DNA of 52,752 nt from assembly GCA_042090925.1 (NCBI GenBank), contig JBELIL010000001.1, positions 1-52,752 on the forward strand, in the 5' to 3' direction. The position numbers and the translations under genes were made by a program. Within the stretch, counting starts at the first letter, position 1; the number at the start of each line of letters is the position of its first letter. Of the stretch, positions 9,377-19,083 are shown piece by piece. This stretch comes from Flavobacteriales bacterium (lineage in GTDB: Bacteria > Bacteroidota > Bacteroidia > Flavobacteriales > Flavobacteriaceae). Under the pieces are notes generated by a model. The model had not been told where the DNA came from, did no database searches, and worked only from the letters and a program-made list of their open reading frames with translations.

Positions 9377-10354
9377 ATGATAAAAAGAAGAGAGTTTATC
9401 GAAAAGCAACTTAAATTAGGTCTAGGACTTACACTTTTGGCGATTCCCAAAAAAGGTTTTGGCTTTGATTTGAGTAATGAAACGAATAACAACTTATTTT
9501 TTAAACTTTCACTTGCCCAGTGGTCACTTAATAAGGGTATTTATTCTGGGGACTTTGATCCCTATGATTTTGCCAAAACAGCCAAAGAACTAGGATTTAG
9601 TGGTTTAGAATATGTTAATCAACTTTACAGTGATGTGATGGAATCAAGAAATAAGCATCAAGCCATTAAAAACTTTGTTAAAAAATCTAATGACGAAGCT
9701 AAACAAAACAATATTGAAAATTTATTGATCATGATAGATGGTGAGGGTGATCTAGCTGCATCTAATGTTAGAAAAAGAAATGCTGCTGTAGAAAACCACA
9801 AAAAGTGGATTGATGCCGCATCTCAAATGGGTTGTCATTCTGTAAGAGTCAATTTATATGGAGTGGATCAAAAAAACAAGTGGATGGAATATTCCTCTAC
9901 TAGCCTTTCAAGGCTTTCTGAATTCTCACAAGATTACAATATTAACGTAATTGTTGAAAATCATGGAAGCTTGTCATCAAATGCAGAACTTTTGATGCAA
10001 GTAATAAATAATGTTAATCTAAAAAATTGTGGCACATTACCTGATTTTGGAAACTTTTGTATAAAAAGAGTAGAAGGTGATCTATATGAATCCGATTGTG
10101 TTAAGGAATATGACAGGTACAAGGGCATAAAGGAAATGATGCCAAAAGCTTTTGCTGTAAGTGCAAAATCAAATAATTTTAATAATAAGGGAGATGAGGT
10201 ATATACAGACTATTTAAAAATGCTTAAAATTGTAAAAGAATCTGGATACACTGGATATATAGGCGTTGAATATGAAGGAACTGGGTTATCGGAAATAGAT
10301 GGAATACTGGCTACAAAAAACTTGCTTATAAATAAAGGTAAATTGATTACATAA
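9377..10354 (+). CDS. xylose-isomerase-like TIM-barrel protein (sugar phosphate isomerase/epimerase family), Tat-exported
   Basis: 325 aa. Twin-arginine N-terminus MIKRREFIEK...LTLLA. TIM-barrel family features (VENHG, GYIGVEYEG). Confidence 0.75.
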   Translation: MIKRREFIEKQLKLGLGLTLLAIPKKGFGFDLSNETNNNLFFKLSLAQWSLNKGIYSGDFDPYDFAKTAKELGFSGLEYVNQLYSDVMESRNKHQAIKNFVKKSNDEAKQNNIENLLIMIDGEGDLAASNVRKRNAAVENHKKWIDAASQMGCHSVRVNLYGVDQKNKWMEYSSTSLSRLSEFSQDYNINVIVENHGSLSSNAELLMQVINNVNLKNCGTLPDFGNFCIKRVEGDLYESDCVKEYDRYKGIKEMMPKAFAVSAKSNNFNNKGDEVYTDYLKMLKIVKESGYTGYIGVEYEGTGLSEIDGILATKNLLINKGKLIT

Positions 10355-10361
10355 TAGTTCC

Positions 10362-11570
10362 ATGAATAATAAAATTAAAATACAACTCTCTTTTATGATG
10401 TTCCTTGAATTTTTTATTTGGGGAGGATGGTTTGTGACTATGGGGACATTTTTATCCCAAAATTTTAGTGCAAATGGGTCTCAACTTGCTCAGGCTTATG
10501 AAACGCAATCCATTGGGGCAATAGTTGCACCATTTATTATTGGGTTGGTTGCTGACCGTTATTTTTCTGCTCAAAAAATCCTTGGTTTTTTACACATCAT
10601 TGGAGCTTTTCTTTTATTCCAGGCAGGGGTTCAAAGTGATTTTGTAGGATTTTATCCTTTTATTTTTCTGTACATGATTCTCTATATGCCAACATTGGCA
10701 TTGGTTAATTCAGTAGCATTCCGACAAATGGTAGATCCTTCTAAAGAGTTTCCGCCTATTAGAGTCTTTGGGACAGTAGGGTGGATTATTGCAGGTCTGA
10801 CCATTGGATTTTTAGGGTGGGAATCACAAAAAATTTTAGAGAATACTTTTTATTTGACGGCAGCTGCTTCGCTGATCTTAGGAATTTTTAGCTTTACATT
10901 ACCTAACACTCCACCAACTGCGGATAAAGAAAATTTAAGTATTAGTAAAATATTAGGATTAGATGCTCTTTCACTTCTAAAAAATAGAAAATATCTAATC
11001 TTTTTTATTTCGTCAATTTTAATATGTATTCCGCTTGCATTTTATTATCAGCACGCTAATCAATTTTTAAATGAAATTGGAATGCCAAAAGCTGCAGCTG
11101 TTATGAGTCTAGGTCAAATTTCAGAAGCTTTATTTATTCTTTTATTACCAGTTTTTTTGAAACGGTTTGGGATCAAAACTACCCTTGTTGTGGGCATGAT
11201 CGCTTGGGTTTCAAGATATATTCTTTTTGCATATGGAGATGTGGGGGGAGGAATTTGGATGTTGATTTTAGGTGTTATTTTACACGGGATATGTTATGAT
11301 TTCTTTTTTGTTTCGGGCCAGATTTATACCGATTTTAAAGCTGGGAGTCAATTTAAAAGTTCAGCTCAAGGACTTATAACTCTCGCCACCTACGGACTTG
11401 GTATGCTTGTTGGTTTTAGAGTAGCAGGAAAAATTACTGATCTCTACTCAATAGGCTCATCTCACGATTGGACACAAATTTGGATAATTCCTTCTGGATT
11501 TGCATTTATTGTGTTGATTTTTTTCATACTTACGTTTCAAGACGAAAAAATTAAATTAGAAAATGAGTAA
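10362..11570 (+). CDS. MFS transporter, nucleoside:H+ symporter (NupG/XapB-like) family
   Basis: 402 aa and about 12 TM helices. The N-terminus KIQLSFMMFLEFFIWGGWFVTMG is typical of the nucleoside permease-like MFS subfamily. Confidence 0.75.
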   Translation: MNNKIKIQLSFMMFLEFFIWGGWFVTMGTFLSQNFSANGSQLAQAYETQSIGAIVAPFIIGLVADRYFSAQKILGFLHIIGAFLLFQAGVQSDFVGFYPFIFLYMILYMPTLALVNSVAFRQMVDPSKEFPPIRVFGTVGWIIAGLTIGFLGWESQKILENTFYLTAAASLILGIFSFTLPNTPPTADKENLSISKILGLDALSLLKNRKYLIFFISSILICIPLAFYYQHANQFLNEIGMPKAAAVMSLGQISEALFILLLPVFLKRFGIKTTLVVGMIAWVSRYILFAYGDVGGGIWMLILGVILHGICYDFFFVSGQIYTDFKAGSQFKSSAQGLITLATYGLGMLVGFRVAGKITDLYSIGSSHDWTQIWIIPSGFAFIVLIFFILTFQDEKIKLENE

Positions 11571-12696
11571 AATACGTCTTGGTATACTTGGAGGTGGTGG
11601 AGATTCACTTATTGGAATTGTTCATAGAATTGCATCTGGTATGTTCGATGAATTTGATTTAGTTGGCGGTTGCTTTAATCCAAATCCTCAGGTAAATATA
11701 GAGTTTGGTAAGAAGATAGGAATTAACGAAAAAAGAATCTATACTAATTTTGAATCTTTGATAGAGGCTGAACTTTCTCTACCAAAAAGTGAAAGAATTC
11801 AAGTTGTTTCTGTGTTAACCCCAAACTTTCTTCATTATCCAATGGCTAAAAAACTGATTCAAAATGACTTTAATGTAATATGTGAAAAGCCCTTAACAAC
11901 GACTTATTCTGAAGCTCAAAAATTAGAATTAGAGGTGAAAAAGAAGGATCTTGTTTTTGCGGTAACCTATACATACACGGGATATCCAATCGTTAGAGAA
12001 ATGATGCAAATGATTAAAGACGGGGCCATTGGGGAAATTCAAAAAGTTGACTTGCAATATTATCAAGGGTGGATTAATCCCATAATTAAAGATCCTGAAC
12101 TTAGAAAAAAAGTTTGGAGACTAGATCCTGACAAAGGAGGTTTAAGTTGCTGCATCGGTGATATTGGAACGCATGCCTTTAATATGGCTGAATTTTTGAC
12201 AGGCATGAAAATTGATAAAATTCTTGCTGACTTAAATTATTTATATCCTGAAAATCAAATGGATGTTGATGGCACTATACTTGTCCGTTTCTCGGACTAT
12301 TGCAAAGGGGTGATTAGAGCATCACAAATTGCTACAGCAGAGGAAAACAGTTTTACAGTTCAAATTTATGGAAAAAATGGATGTTTTAAATGGAATCAAG
12401 AAAATCCAAATTATCTTTATCACCTTATGGAAGGGAAACCAATACAAATTTTAAAACCTGGTAATTCATACTTATCTGATTTTTCGTTAAAATCGTCTAA
12501 ATTACCCCCCGGACACCCAGAAGGATTTTTTGATGCTATGGGAAACATATATAACGGAGTTGCAAAAACTCTAAAGAAAGTTCAAAAAGATGATGGTTCT
12601 TATCCATCAATTAATGAAGGAGTGAGAGGGATGATGTTTATTGAAAAAGTTTTAGAGTCCAATAAGAACGGTAATAAATGGATTAAATTAGATTGA
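11563..12696 (+). CDS. Gfo/Idh/MocA-family NAD(P)-dependent oxidoreductase
   Basis: 377 aa. N-terminal Rossmann segment RLGILGGGG and the conserved EKP motif (ICEKPL). No signal peptide. Overlaps the preceding gene by 8 nt. Confidence 0.88.
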   Translation: MSKIRLGILGGGGDSLIGIVHRIASGMFDEFDLVGGCFNPNPQVNIEFGKKIGINEKRIYTNFESLIEAELSLPKSERIQVVSVLTPNFLHYPMAKKLIQNDFNVICEKPLTTTYSEAQKLELEVKKKDLVFAVTYTYTGYPIVREMMQMIKDGAIGEIQKVDLQYYQGWINPIIKDPELRKKVWRLDPDKGGLSCCIGDIGTHAFNMAEFLTGMKIDKILADLNYLYPENQMDVDGTILVRFSDYCKGVIRASQIATAEENSFTVQIYGKNGCFKWNQENPNYLYHLMEGKPIQILKPGNSYLSDFSLKSSKLPPGHPEGFFDAMGNIYNGVAKTLKKVQKDDGSYPSINEGVRGMMFIEKVLESNKNGNKWIKLD

Positions 12697-12701
12697 AATT
12701 T

Positions 12702-13754
12702 ATGAAAACAATCAAAGGTCCAGCCATATTTTTAGCCCAATTTATAGATAATAAACCACCATTTAATTCACTTGATGGATTATGCAAATGGGCATCTAAT
12801 TTAGGTTACAAAGGTATTCAAGTACCAACCTTAGATACATGGCTTTTTGATTTAGATAAAGCTTCATCAAGCAAAACCTATTGTGATGAATATAAAGGAA
12901 CGATTAGTTCCTATGGGCTTGAGATTACCGAACTTTCAACACACCTCCAAGGACAACTTGTGGCAGTACATCCAGCCTACGATTTGATGTTTGATAATTT
13001 TGCGCCCAAAGAGTTGAGAAATAAACCAAAAGAGAGAACTAAATGGGCAATCGAACAAGTCAAAAAAGCAGCTAAAGCCAGTTCAAATCTTGGAATCAAA
13101 TCTCACGCCACTTTTAGTGGTGCGCTTTTATGGCCTTATTGGCATCCATGGCCTCAACAACCTAAAGGGCTTATTAAAGCTGGTTTTGAAGAATTAGCCA
13201 AAAGATGGATTCCAATCTTAGATATTTTTGAAGATAACGATGTCAATGCTTGCTTTGAAGTTCATCCAGGAGAAGACATCCATGACGGAGAAACTTTTGA
13301 AATGTTTTTAAAAGCTACAAATAATCACAAAAGGGCTAACATACTTTACGATCCTAGTCATTTTGTTCTACAACAACTTGATTACATTACCTACATTGAT
13401 CATTACCATGAATTTATCAAGGCTTTTCACGTAAAAGACTCTGAGTTTAAACCAAATGGGAAAAAAGGGGCATTTGGTGGTTATGGAACATGGAAAGATA
13501 GAGCTGGAAGATACAGATCCCCGGGGGATGGTCAAATTGATTTCAAGACAATATTTACGAAACTTACAGAATACGGATGTGATGTTTGGGCAGTGATGGA
13601 ATGGGAATGTTGCGTTAAAAGCCCTGAACAAGGTGCAAAAGAGGGAGCAAAATTTATACAAAACCATATTATTGAAGCTACCCAGAAAGTATTTGACGAT
13701 TTTGCAGGTGGTGACTCAGATAAAAAACAGATAAATAAAATATTAAATATTTAA
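12702..13754 (+). CDS. xylose-isomerase-like TIM-barrel protein (sugar phosphate isomerase/epimerase family), cytoplasmic
   Basis: About 350 aa with TIM-barrel family signatures (FEVHPGE, HVKD, EWE). I prefer the ATG at 12702 over the TTG at 12693, which overlaps the upstream stop. Confidence 0.78.
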   Translation: MKTIKGPAIFLAQFIDNKPPFNSLDGLCKWASNLGYKGIQVPTLDTWLFDLDKASSSKTYCDEYKGTISSYGLEITELSTHLQGQLVAVHPAYDLMFDNFAPKELRNKPKERTKWAIEQVKKAAKASSNLGIKSHATFSGALLWPYWHPWPQQPKGLIKAGFEELAKRWIPILDIFEDNDVNACFEVHPGEDIHDGETFEMFLKATNNHKRANILYDPSHFVLQQLDYITYIDHYHEFIKAFHVKDSEFKPNGKKGAFGGYGTWKDRAGRYRSPGDGQIDFKTIFTKLTEYGCDVWAVMEWECCVKSPEQGAKEGAKFIQNHIIEATQKVFDDFAGGDSDKKQINKILNI

Positions 13755-13755
13755 A

Positions 13756-14508
13756 ATGAATAAGTTAGTTTATATAACCGTTTTGAGCTTTATCGTATGC
13801 TCATGCGTGGGACAAACAAAAAAAGAAGAAAATAAAAAAGTAAATTCTTCAAAAGGTGAATGGATTTCTCTATTTGATGGAAAAACAACGGAAGGTTGGC
13901 ATTATTACAATGGAGGAAAATTAGGGGATGAATGGTCTGTAGTCGACGGTGTACTAATTTTTGACCCAAGAAACCAAGAAAAAGATCAAAATTCTGATAT
14001 AGTAAGTAACGATAAGTTTACCAATTTCGTTTTATCTATTGAGTGGAAAATTGCAGAATGTGGAAATAGTGGTCTTTTTTGGGGTGTTCACGAAGATAAG
14101 AAGTTTTTTTCTCCGTACTTAACTGGTCCTGAAATTCAGTTACTTGATAATGAAAGACATTCCGATGCTTTTATGAAACCTAAATATCATCAGTCAGGAG
14201 CATTATATGACATAGTCCAACCTTCAAAAGACGTATGTAACCCAGCTGGAGAGTGGAATCACTTTCTCCTGACTATTAATCACGAAATCAATAACGCTAC
14301 TGTTAAACTAAATGGTACAGAAATTGTATCATTCCCTGTAAACGGTCCAGAATGGGAAGAACTTATCTCTAAATCAAAATTTAGAGATAAAAGTACATAC
14401 AATTATGTTGAGGCTCCAGAATTTGGGAAATATAAAACTGGAAGAATAGGACTTCAAGATCACGGTGATAAAGTTTCATTTAGAAATATCAAAATTAAAA
14501 GACTTTAG
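13756..14508 (+). CDS. DUF1080 (3-keto-disaccharide hydrolase-like, concanavalin-type) lipoprotein
   Basis: 250 aa. Lipobox SFIVCSC. DUF1080 hallmarks: WISLFDGKTTEGW, NSGLFWG, PEIQLLDN, GALYD, GEWN, IGLQDHGDKVSFRNIKIK. Confidence 0.85.
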   Translation: MNKLVYITVLSFIVCSCVGQTKKEENKKVNSSKGEWISLFDGKTTEGWHYYNGGKLGDEWSVVDGVLIFDPRNQEKDQNSDIVSNDKFTNFVLSIEWKIAECGNSGLFWGVHEDKKFFSPYLTGPEIQLLDNERHSDAFMKPKYHQSGALYDIVQPSKDVCNPAGEWNHFLLTINHEINNATVKLNGTEIVSFPVNGPEWEELISKSKFRDKSTYNYVEAPEFGKYKTGRIGLQDHGDKVSFRNIKIKRL

Positions 14509-14517
14509 AAGAAAAAC

Positions 14518-15375
14518 ATGATTATCTCTATGACGGGGTTTGGTAAATCAGAGACCAAATTCCAGAGAAAAAAATTAAGTGTCGAAATACGATCATTAAA
14601 TAGTAAAAATATTGATCTTAATTTTCGTATACCCTATAAATACCGTGAAATTGAATCTAAAATTAGAACCAAAATTAACGGAGAATTATCAAGGGGCAAA
14701 ATTGATTTATTAATAAACATTAACCTTCAAGATGAAGACAAATCGTCGTCTCTTAATTACACAGTAATTAAAAAGTACATTGATGAGTTGAAAAAAATAT
14801 CCGATTCATCTGAAGCGGAACTTCTTAAAATGGCAATTAGACTTCCTGAGTCTATCAAAATTGAAAAAGAAGATATTTCAAAAGAAGAAAAAAAAATATT
14901 ATTTAAAATAATTGATAGAGCAATTATAAAATTAAATCAATACAGAACTTCTGAAGGGAAGTCAATTGAAAAAGATTTCAAAAGCAGGATTAAAAGTATC
15001 TATAAGTTGGTTAAAAATGTAGATAAATTAGCTCCAAAAAGAAAAGAAAAAATTAGAAAAAAAATTGAAGTGCTCTCAAAACAAAATTTAAAAGAAATCG
15101 ACAATAAAAGAATGGAGCAAGAGATTTTTTACTTCATTGAAAAACTTGACATTAATGAGGAAATAGTTCGACTAAAAAGTAATTTAAAATATTTTGAAAA
15201 AATTATGAGTGAGAAGTCTCCAAATGGAAAAAAGCTTACTTTTATTACCCAAGAAATTGGCAGGGAAATTAATACGCTGGGCTCAAAAGCTAATGATGAA
15301 GGGCTTCAAAAAACTGTTGTGGAAATGAAAGATGAGTTGGAAAAGATAAAAGAACAACTTTTAAATGTACTTTAA
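14518..15375 (+). CDS. yicC: YicC-family stress-induced protein (endoribonuclease YicC)
   Basis: 285 aa. Begins MTGFGK and ends ...NTLGSKAN...V.MK.ELEKIKEQ..NV, as in the YicC N/C domains. Confidence 0.88.
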   Translation: MIISMTGFGKSETKFQRKKLSVEIRSLNSKNIDLNFRIPYKYREIESKIRTKINGELSRGKIDLLININLQDEDKSSSLNYTVIKKYIDELKKISDSSEAELLKMAIRLPESIKIEKEDISKEEKKILFKIIDRAIIKLNQYRTSEGKSIEKDFKSRIKSIYKLVKNVDKLAPKRKEKIRKKIEVLSKQNLKEIDNKRMEQEIFYFIEKLDINEEIVRLKSNLKYFEKIMSEKSPNGKKLTFITQEIGREINTLGSKANDEGLQKTVVEMKDELEKIKEQLLNVL

Positions 15376-15377
15376 AA

Positions 15378-15947
15378 ATGGGAAAGAAAATAATTATTTT
15401 TTCTGCACCATCTGGTGCTGGAAAAACATCAATTATAAAATATTTGTTGGACAGTAATTTGCCTACCGAATTTTCTGTATCTGCAACTTCAAGGAATCCA
15501 AGGGAGAACGAAAAAAAAAGTGTCGACTACCATTTTATGTCTGTTGATTCATTTAAAAAGAAAATTAAAAAAAATGATTTTATTGAATTTGAAGAAGTTT
15601 ATGATAATGTATTTTATGGAACATTAAATTCTGAGATAGATAGAATATGGGGAAACGGAAAAACAGTTTTATTAGACATGGATGTAAAGGGTGGGCTCAA
15701 AATTAAATCAATTTTTAAAGAAAAAGCTCTTTCAATATTTGTGAAACCACCTTCAATAAAATCACTAGACAGCCGACTTACCAAAAGGGGGCTTGATACC
15801 AAAAAAAGTATCCAAGAAAGACTAAAAAAATCTGAATTTGAATTGAGTTTTGCAGAAAAATTTGATGTCGTTCTAGAAAATAACGACCTAGTTAAAACTA
15901 AAAAAGATGCTTTTCGAATAGTTAGTGAATTTATTGAGGGTAAATGA
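15378..15947 (+). CDS. gmk: guanylate kinase
   Basis: 189 aa. P-loop SAPSGAGKTS, TSR.PR..E..G.DYHF motif, and the family-typical size. Confidence 0.93.
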   Translation: MGKKIIIFSAPSGAGKTSIIKYLLDSNLPTEFSVSATSRNPRENEKKSVDYHFMSVDSFKKKIKKNDFIEFEEVYDNVFYGTLNSEIDRIWGNGKTVLLDMDVKGGLKIKSIFKEKALSIFVKPPSIKSLDSRLTKRGLDTKKSIQERLKKSEFELSFAEKFDVVLENNDLVKTKKDAFRIVSEFIEGK

Positions 15948-16531
15948 AAGAAGTTGGCTTATTTTTTGGAACATTCAATCCGTTTCACAATGGCCATTTG
16001 TTTATGGCTGATTATTGTTTAAATCAGTGCGATTTTAATGAAGTATGGCTCGTTATATCTCCTCAAAATCCTTTAAAAAAAAATCTTGAAATATTGGATA
16101 TTTATGAAAGAATTAAAATTATTGAAAAGTCAATTTCAAATAAGAACAAAATAAAAATTTGTGTCGACGAGTTAAAACTACCTAAACCAAACTATACTAT
16201 TTCGACTTTACGGTTTCTTAAAAAGACATACCCCAAAAATAAATTCAAGATAATATTAGGTGAAGACAACCTTCACTCCTTTAAAAAATGGAAAAACAGT
16301 ACTGATATACTTGACAACTTTTCAATTTATGTTTATCCAAGAAATAAAAAAATAAATAGTAGTGATTCAATCATTCATGATAATTTAAAAATTTTAAGGA
16401 CAGCTCCAAAAATTGATATTTCATCCACGAACATTAGAGATTATTTATCTAAGGGAGTGGATGTTAAAAAATATTTACCAGCGAAAAGTTTAGAATATAT
16501 CATTAAAAATAAATTTTTCACTAAATCATAA
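15944..16531 (+). CDS. nadD: nicotinate-nucleotide adenylyltransferase
   Basis: 195 aa. GTFNPFHNGH (HxGH nucleotidyltransferase motif) and ISSTNIR near the C-terminus. Overlaps gmk by 4 nt. Confidence 0.9.
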   Translation: MKEVGLFFGTFNPFHNGHLFMADYCLNQCDFNEVWLVISPQNPLKKNLEILDIYERIKIIEKSISNKNKIKICVDELKLPKPNYTISTLRFLKKTYPKNKFKIILGEDNLHSFKKWKNSTDILDNFSIYVYPRNKKINSSDSIIHDNLKILRTAPKIDISSTNIRDYLSKGVDVKKYLPAKSLEYIIKNKFFTKS

Positions 16532-17818
16532 ATTAACCAAAGTTTCACTTAATTTTTTTGTGATATTTTTTCTTGACCACTTTTCTAAGTTTGGGAATTT
16601 GTTTGTTAATTTTCCCTTTTTAAGAATTACTTTGTTTATAAAATTTTCTATTTGTTTATTAGAGTTTCTTTGATACATTTTTGTTTCAGTCCCTTTTGAT
16701 AAAATTTTTCCTGCCTCACTTTTAGGATCTCCTATACTAAGAATAGGAATTTCTGTTGCCAAATACTCCATGATTTTGCCAGAAATCATTTCTTTTTCAG
16801 CGCCAATAAAGAAAAAATTGACAAGTAAATCAGCACTCTTAATTAATCTAACAGATTCTTCATGATTTAAATATCCACAGTCGTTTACTTTTACATTGGG
16901 CAAGAAGGTTTTAATTTCTTTTATTATTTCACCAGATATGTTACCAGCTAACGATAATTTTAAATTTGTTTGTTTGAAATTTAATTTTAAAATTTTTAGC
17001 AGAGTATCGTAAGGATGATTTTTTGTTAAAAGTCCAGTGTAAACAATATGAAAATAATTACTAGATTTTTCACTTTTTATTTTATCAATTAAAATATGAT
17101 CATATCCATTGAGAATTACCTCAAAATTTTGTTTTGGAGCTTTTAACTGGAGTTGTTTTTTTAAATCTCCTCCTATAGTAGTTAAAACTAAATCAGCATT
17201 ATTTAGAACTTTTTTTTCTAACTCTTTTTGTTTATTAATTGATTTTTCAGTAAAGAGGAACTTTTTATTGTAAAAAACACTAACCCATGGATCTCTAAAA
17301 TCTACTGTCCATTTAATTTCAAATTCCTCTTTGATTTTTAATCCTATTAGATGGGTTGAATGCGGAGGTCCAGTGGTGATTAAATGCTTAATGTTATTTT
17401 TAGTTATTATTTTTTTGCATTCCCCATAAGCATAATCTACCCATCCTTTTCTTGCGTCTGGGATAAAGTAATTTGAACGAATGTAATTAAATAATTTATC
17501 AAATAACCCTTTATTCTTTACGTCTCCTTGAGGTATTCCCTTTCTAAAACCTCCTGTTGTTAAAAAGGAAAATAATTTTAATGGCTCATTAGTAGATGTT
17601 TTTTTTACTTTAATATCTTTTACAACCATCTCTAAACTTTTGTCTAGGACTGGATAAGATGCTTTTTTTTCGTCAACTGTAATTACAAATGGATCCCATC
17701 CCAATTCCTTTAAATATTTTGAGAAATACATCCATCTTTGTACACCAGATCCACCACAGGGTGGCCAATAATATGTTAAAATGACAACGCCATCTTTTTT
17801 ATCAAGTTTCTCAACCAT
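16526..17818 (-). CDS. glycosyltransferase (GT-B fold, GT4-like)
   Basis: About 430 aa. Two Rossmann-like halves with a C-terminal E-x7-E-like region (ISGKIMEYLATEIPIL). I prefer the start MVEKLDKK at 17818, giving an 8-nt overlap with the upstream gene. The track start at 17860 would give a 50-nt overlap. Confidence 0.65.
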   Translation of the reverse strand: MVEKLDKKDGVVILTYYWPPCGGSGVQRWMYFSKYLKELGWDPFVITVDEKKASYPVLDKSLEMVVKDIKVKKTSTNEPLKLFSFLTTGGFRKGIPQGDVKNKGLFDKLFNYIRSNYFIPDARKGWVDYAYGECKKIITKNNIKHLITTGPPHSTHLIGLKIKEEFEIKWTVDFRDPWVSVFYNKKFLFTEKSINKQKELEKKVLNNADLVLTTIGGDLKKQLQLKAPKQNFEVILNGYDHILIDKIKSEKSSNYFHIVYTGLLTKNHPYDTLLKILKLNFKQTNLKLSLAGNISGEIIKEIKTFLPNVKVNDCGYLNHEESVRLIKSADLLVNFFFIGAEKEMISGKIMEYLATEIPILSIGDPKSEAGKILSKGTETKMYQRNSNKQIENFINKVILKKGKLTNKFPNLEKWSRKNITKKLSETLVNL

Positions 17819-18323
17819 TTTTCTTCTTGAATAAGGGTACAGAAGAGCATGCCTCACCATAAAAAATACTCTTTACATGAGGTTGTAATTTCTCAATTGC
17901 TAATAAAAATACAGTTTCAGGAATATTTTTTTTTGAGCATCCTTTAATAATTAATGGTCGATTTTTAAATGGGGTTATGTCTAAATCATGTAAAACATCT
18001 GCATATATGCTTTGTTCTAATTCTAGTATTGAACCAAATACACATTTTTTTACATACTGGTTTAAATATGTTGATAATAACATTATTGACCAAGATGGAA
18101 GAATTGCATTTGTTGAACAATATATTGCAACATAAGTGTCTTTATATTTTGAAAAGTCATAAGACTTTAATGATAATCTAAATTCTTTTTCTTTTAAAAC
18201 AATTCCTTCATAAAGCCATTTAGCTATATCGATCTTAAGCCTTTCACCAGCTGGATAATACTCTTCTAGATCAAAGGTTACAATTGGGCTTTTGGCTACT
18301 TTATTTATAATTTCTTTTTCCAT
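17811..18323 (-). CDS. DUF2480-family protein (function unknown, conserved at the tail of Bacteroidota suf operons)
   Basis: 170 aa. Recognised by sequence style and by its position after the DUF59 gene. Family assignment is from memory and was not searched. Confidence 0.6.
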   Translation of the reverse strand: MEKEIINKVAKSPIVTFDLEEYYPAGERLKIDIAKWLYEGIVLKEKEFRLSLKSYDFSKYKDTYVAIYCSTNAILPSWSIMLLSTYLNQYVKKCVFGSILELEQSIYADVLHDLDITPFKNRPLIIKGCSKKNIPETVFLLAIEKLQPHVKSIFYGEACSSVPLFKKKNG

Positions 18324-18649
18324 TACAAAAACCCAAGTTCTAGTTTTGCCTCTTCGCTCATCAAATCTTTGGTCCAGGGAGGATCAAAAGTCATTTCAAC
18401 TTCAACATTATTAATGCCCTTTATAGATTTAACTTTTTGCTCAACGTCAGCCGGTAAGGATTCCGCTACTGGACAATTAGGAGAAGTCAGCGTCATTAAA
18501 ATTTTAGCATCAAAGTCTTCGTTTACAAAAACGTCATAAATGAGTCCCAACTCATAAATATCTACGGGGATTTCTGGATCAAAAATAGTTTTTAAAACTT
18601 TTATAATTTTTTCTCCTAATAATTGAGCATCAAAATTATTTTCATCCAT
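18323..18649 (-). CDS. DUF59 / SufT-like Fe-S cluster assembly protein
   Basis: 108 aa. DPEIPVDIYELGLIY and TLTSPNCPVAE motifs are typical of the MIP18/DUF59 family. Confidence 0.85.
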   Translation of the reverse strand: MDENNFDAQLLGEKIIKVLKTIFDPEIPVDIYELGLIYDVFVNEDFDAKILMTLTSPNCPVAESLPADVEQKVKSIKGINNVEVEMTFDPPWTKDLMSEEAKLELGFL

Positions 18650-18650
18650 A

Positions 18651-19073
18651 TTAATTCAATTTAGTTTGAAAAGCAAGAGCATACATCTTAATTTGCTTAA
18701 TCATTGATGATAGACCATTTGCCCTAGTTTGAGACAAATGCTCCCTTAAACCAATTTTATTAATAAAATCAAAGTTGGAATCTAAAATCTCCTTGGGAGC
18801 CTGCCCTGAATAAATTCTTATTAGAATTGATATTATTCCTTTAGTTATGATTGCATCACTATCAGCATGAAAGAATATATTATCATTTTTTAATTCTGCA
18901 TGCAGCCAAACACTACTTTGGCAACCTTTGATTAAATTAGAGTCATTTTTAAAATCATCAGCCATTAAAGGTAGAGATTTACCAAGACTAATCATATACT
19001 CATATTTTTCCATCCAGTCATCCATAATCTCGAATTCATCAATTATCTGATTTTGAATATCAATAATTTTCAT
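18651..19073 (-). CDS. sufE: cysteine desulfuration protein SufE
   Basis: 140 aa. The SufE family motif includes the acceptor Cys (IKGCQSSVWL). Confidence 0.88.
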   Translation of the reverse strand: MKIIDIQNQIIDEFEIMDDWMEKYEYMISLGKSLPLMADDFKNDSNLIKGCQSSVWLHAELKNDNIFFHADSDAIITKGIISILIRIYSGQAPKEILDSNFDFINKIGLREHLSQTRANGLSSMIKQIKMYALAFQTKLN

Positions 19074-19083
19074 AATTATAAAT

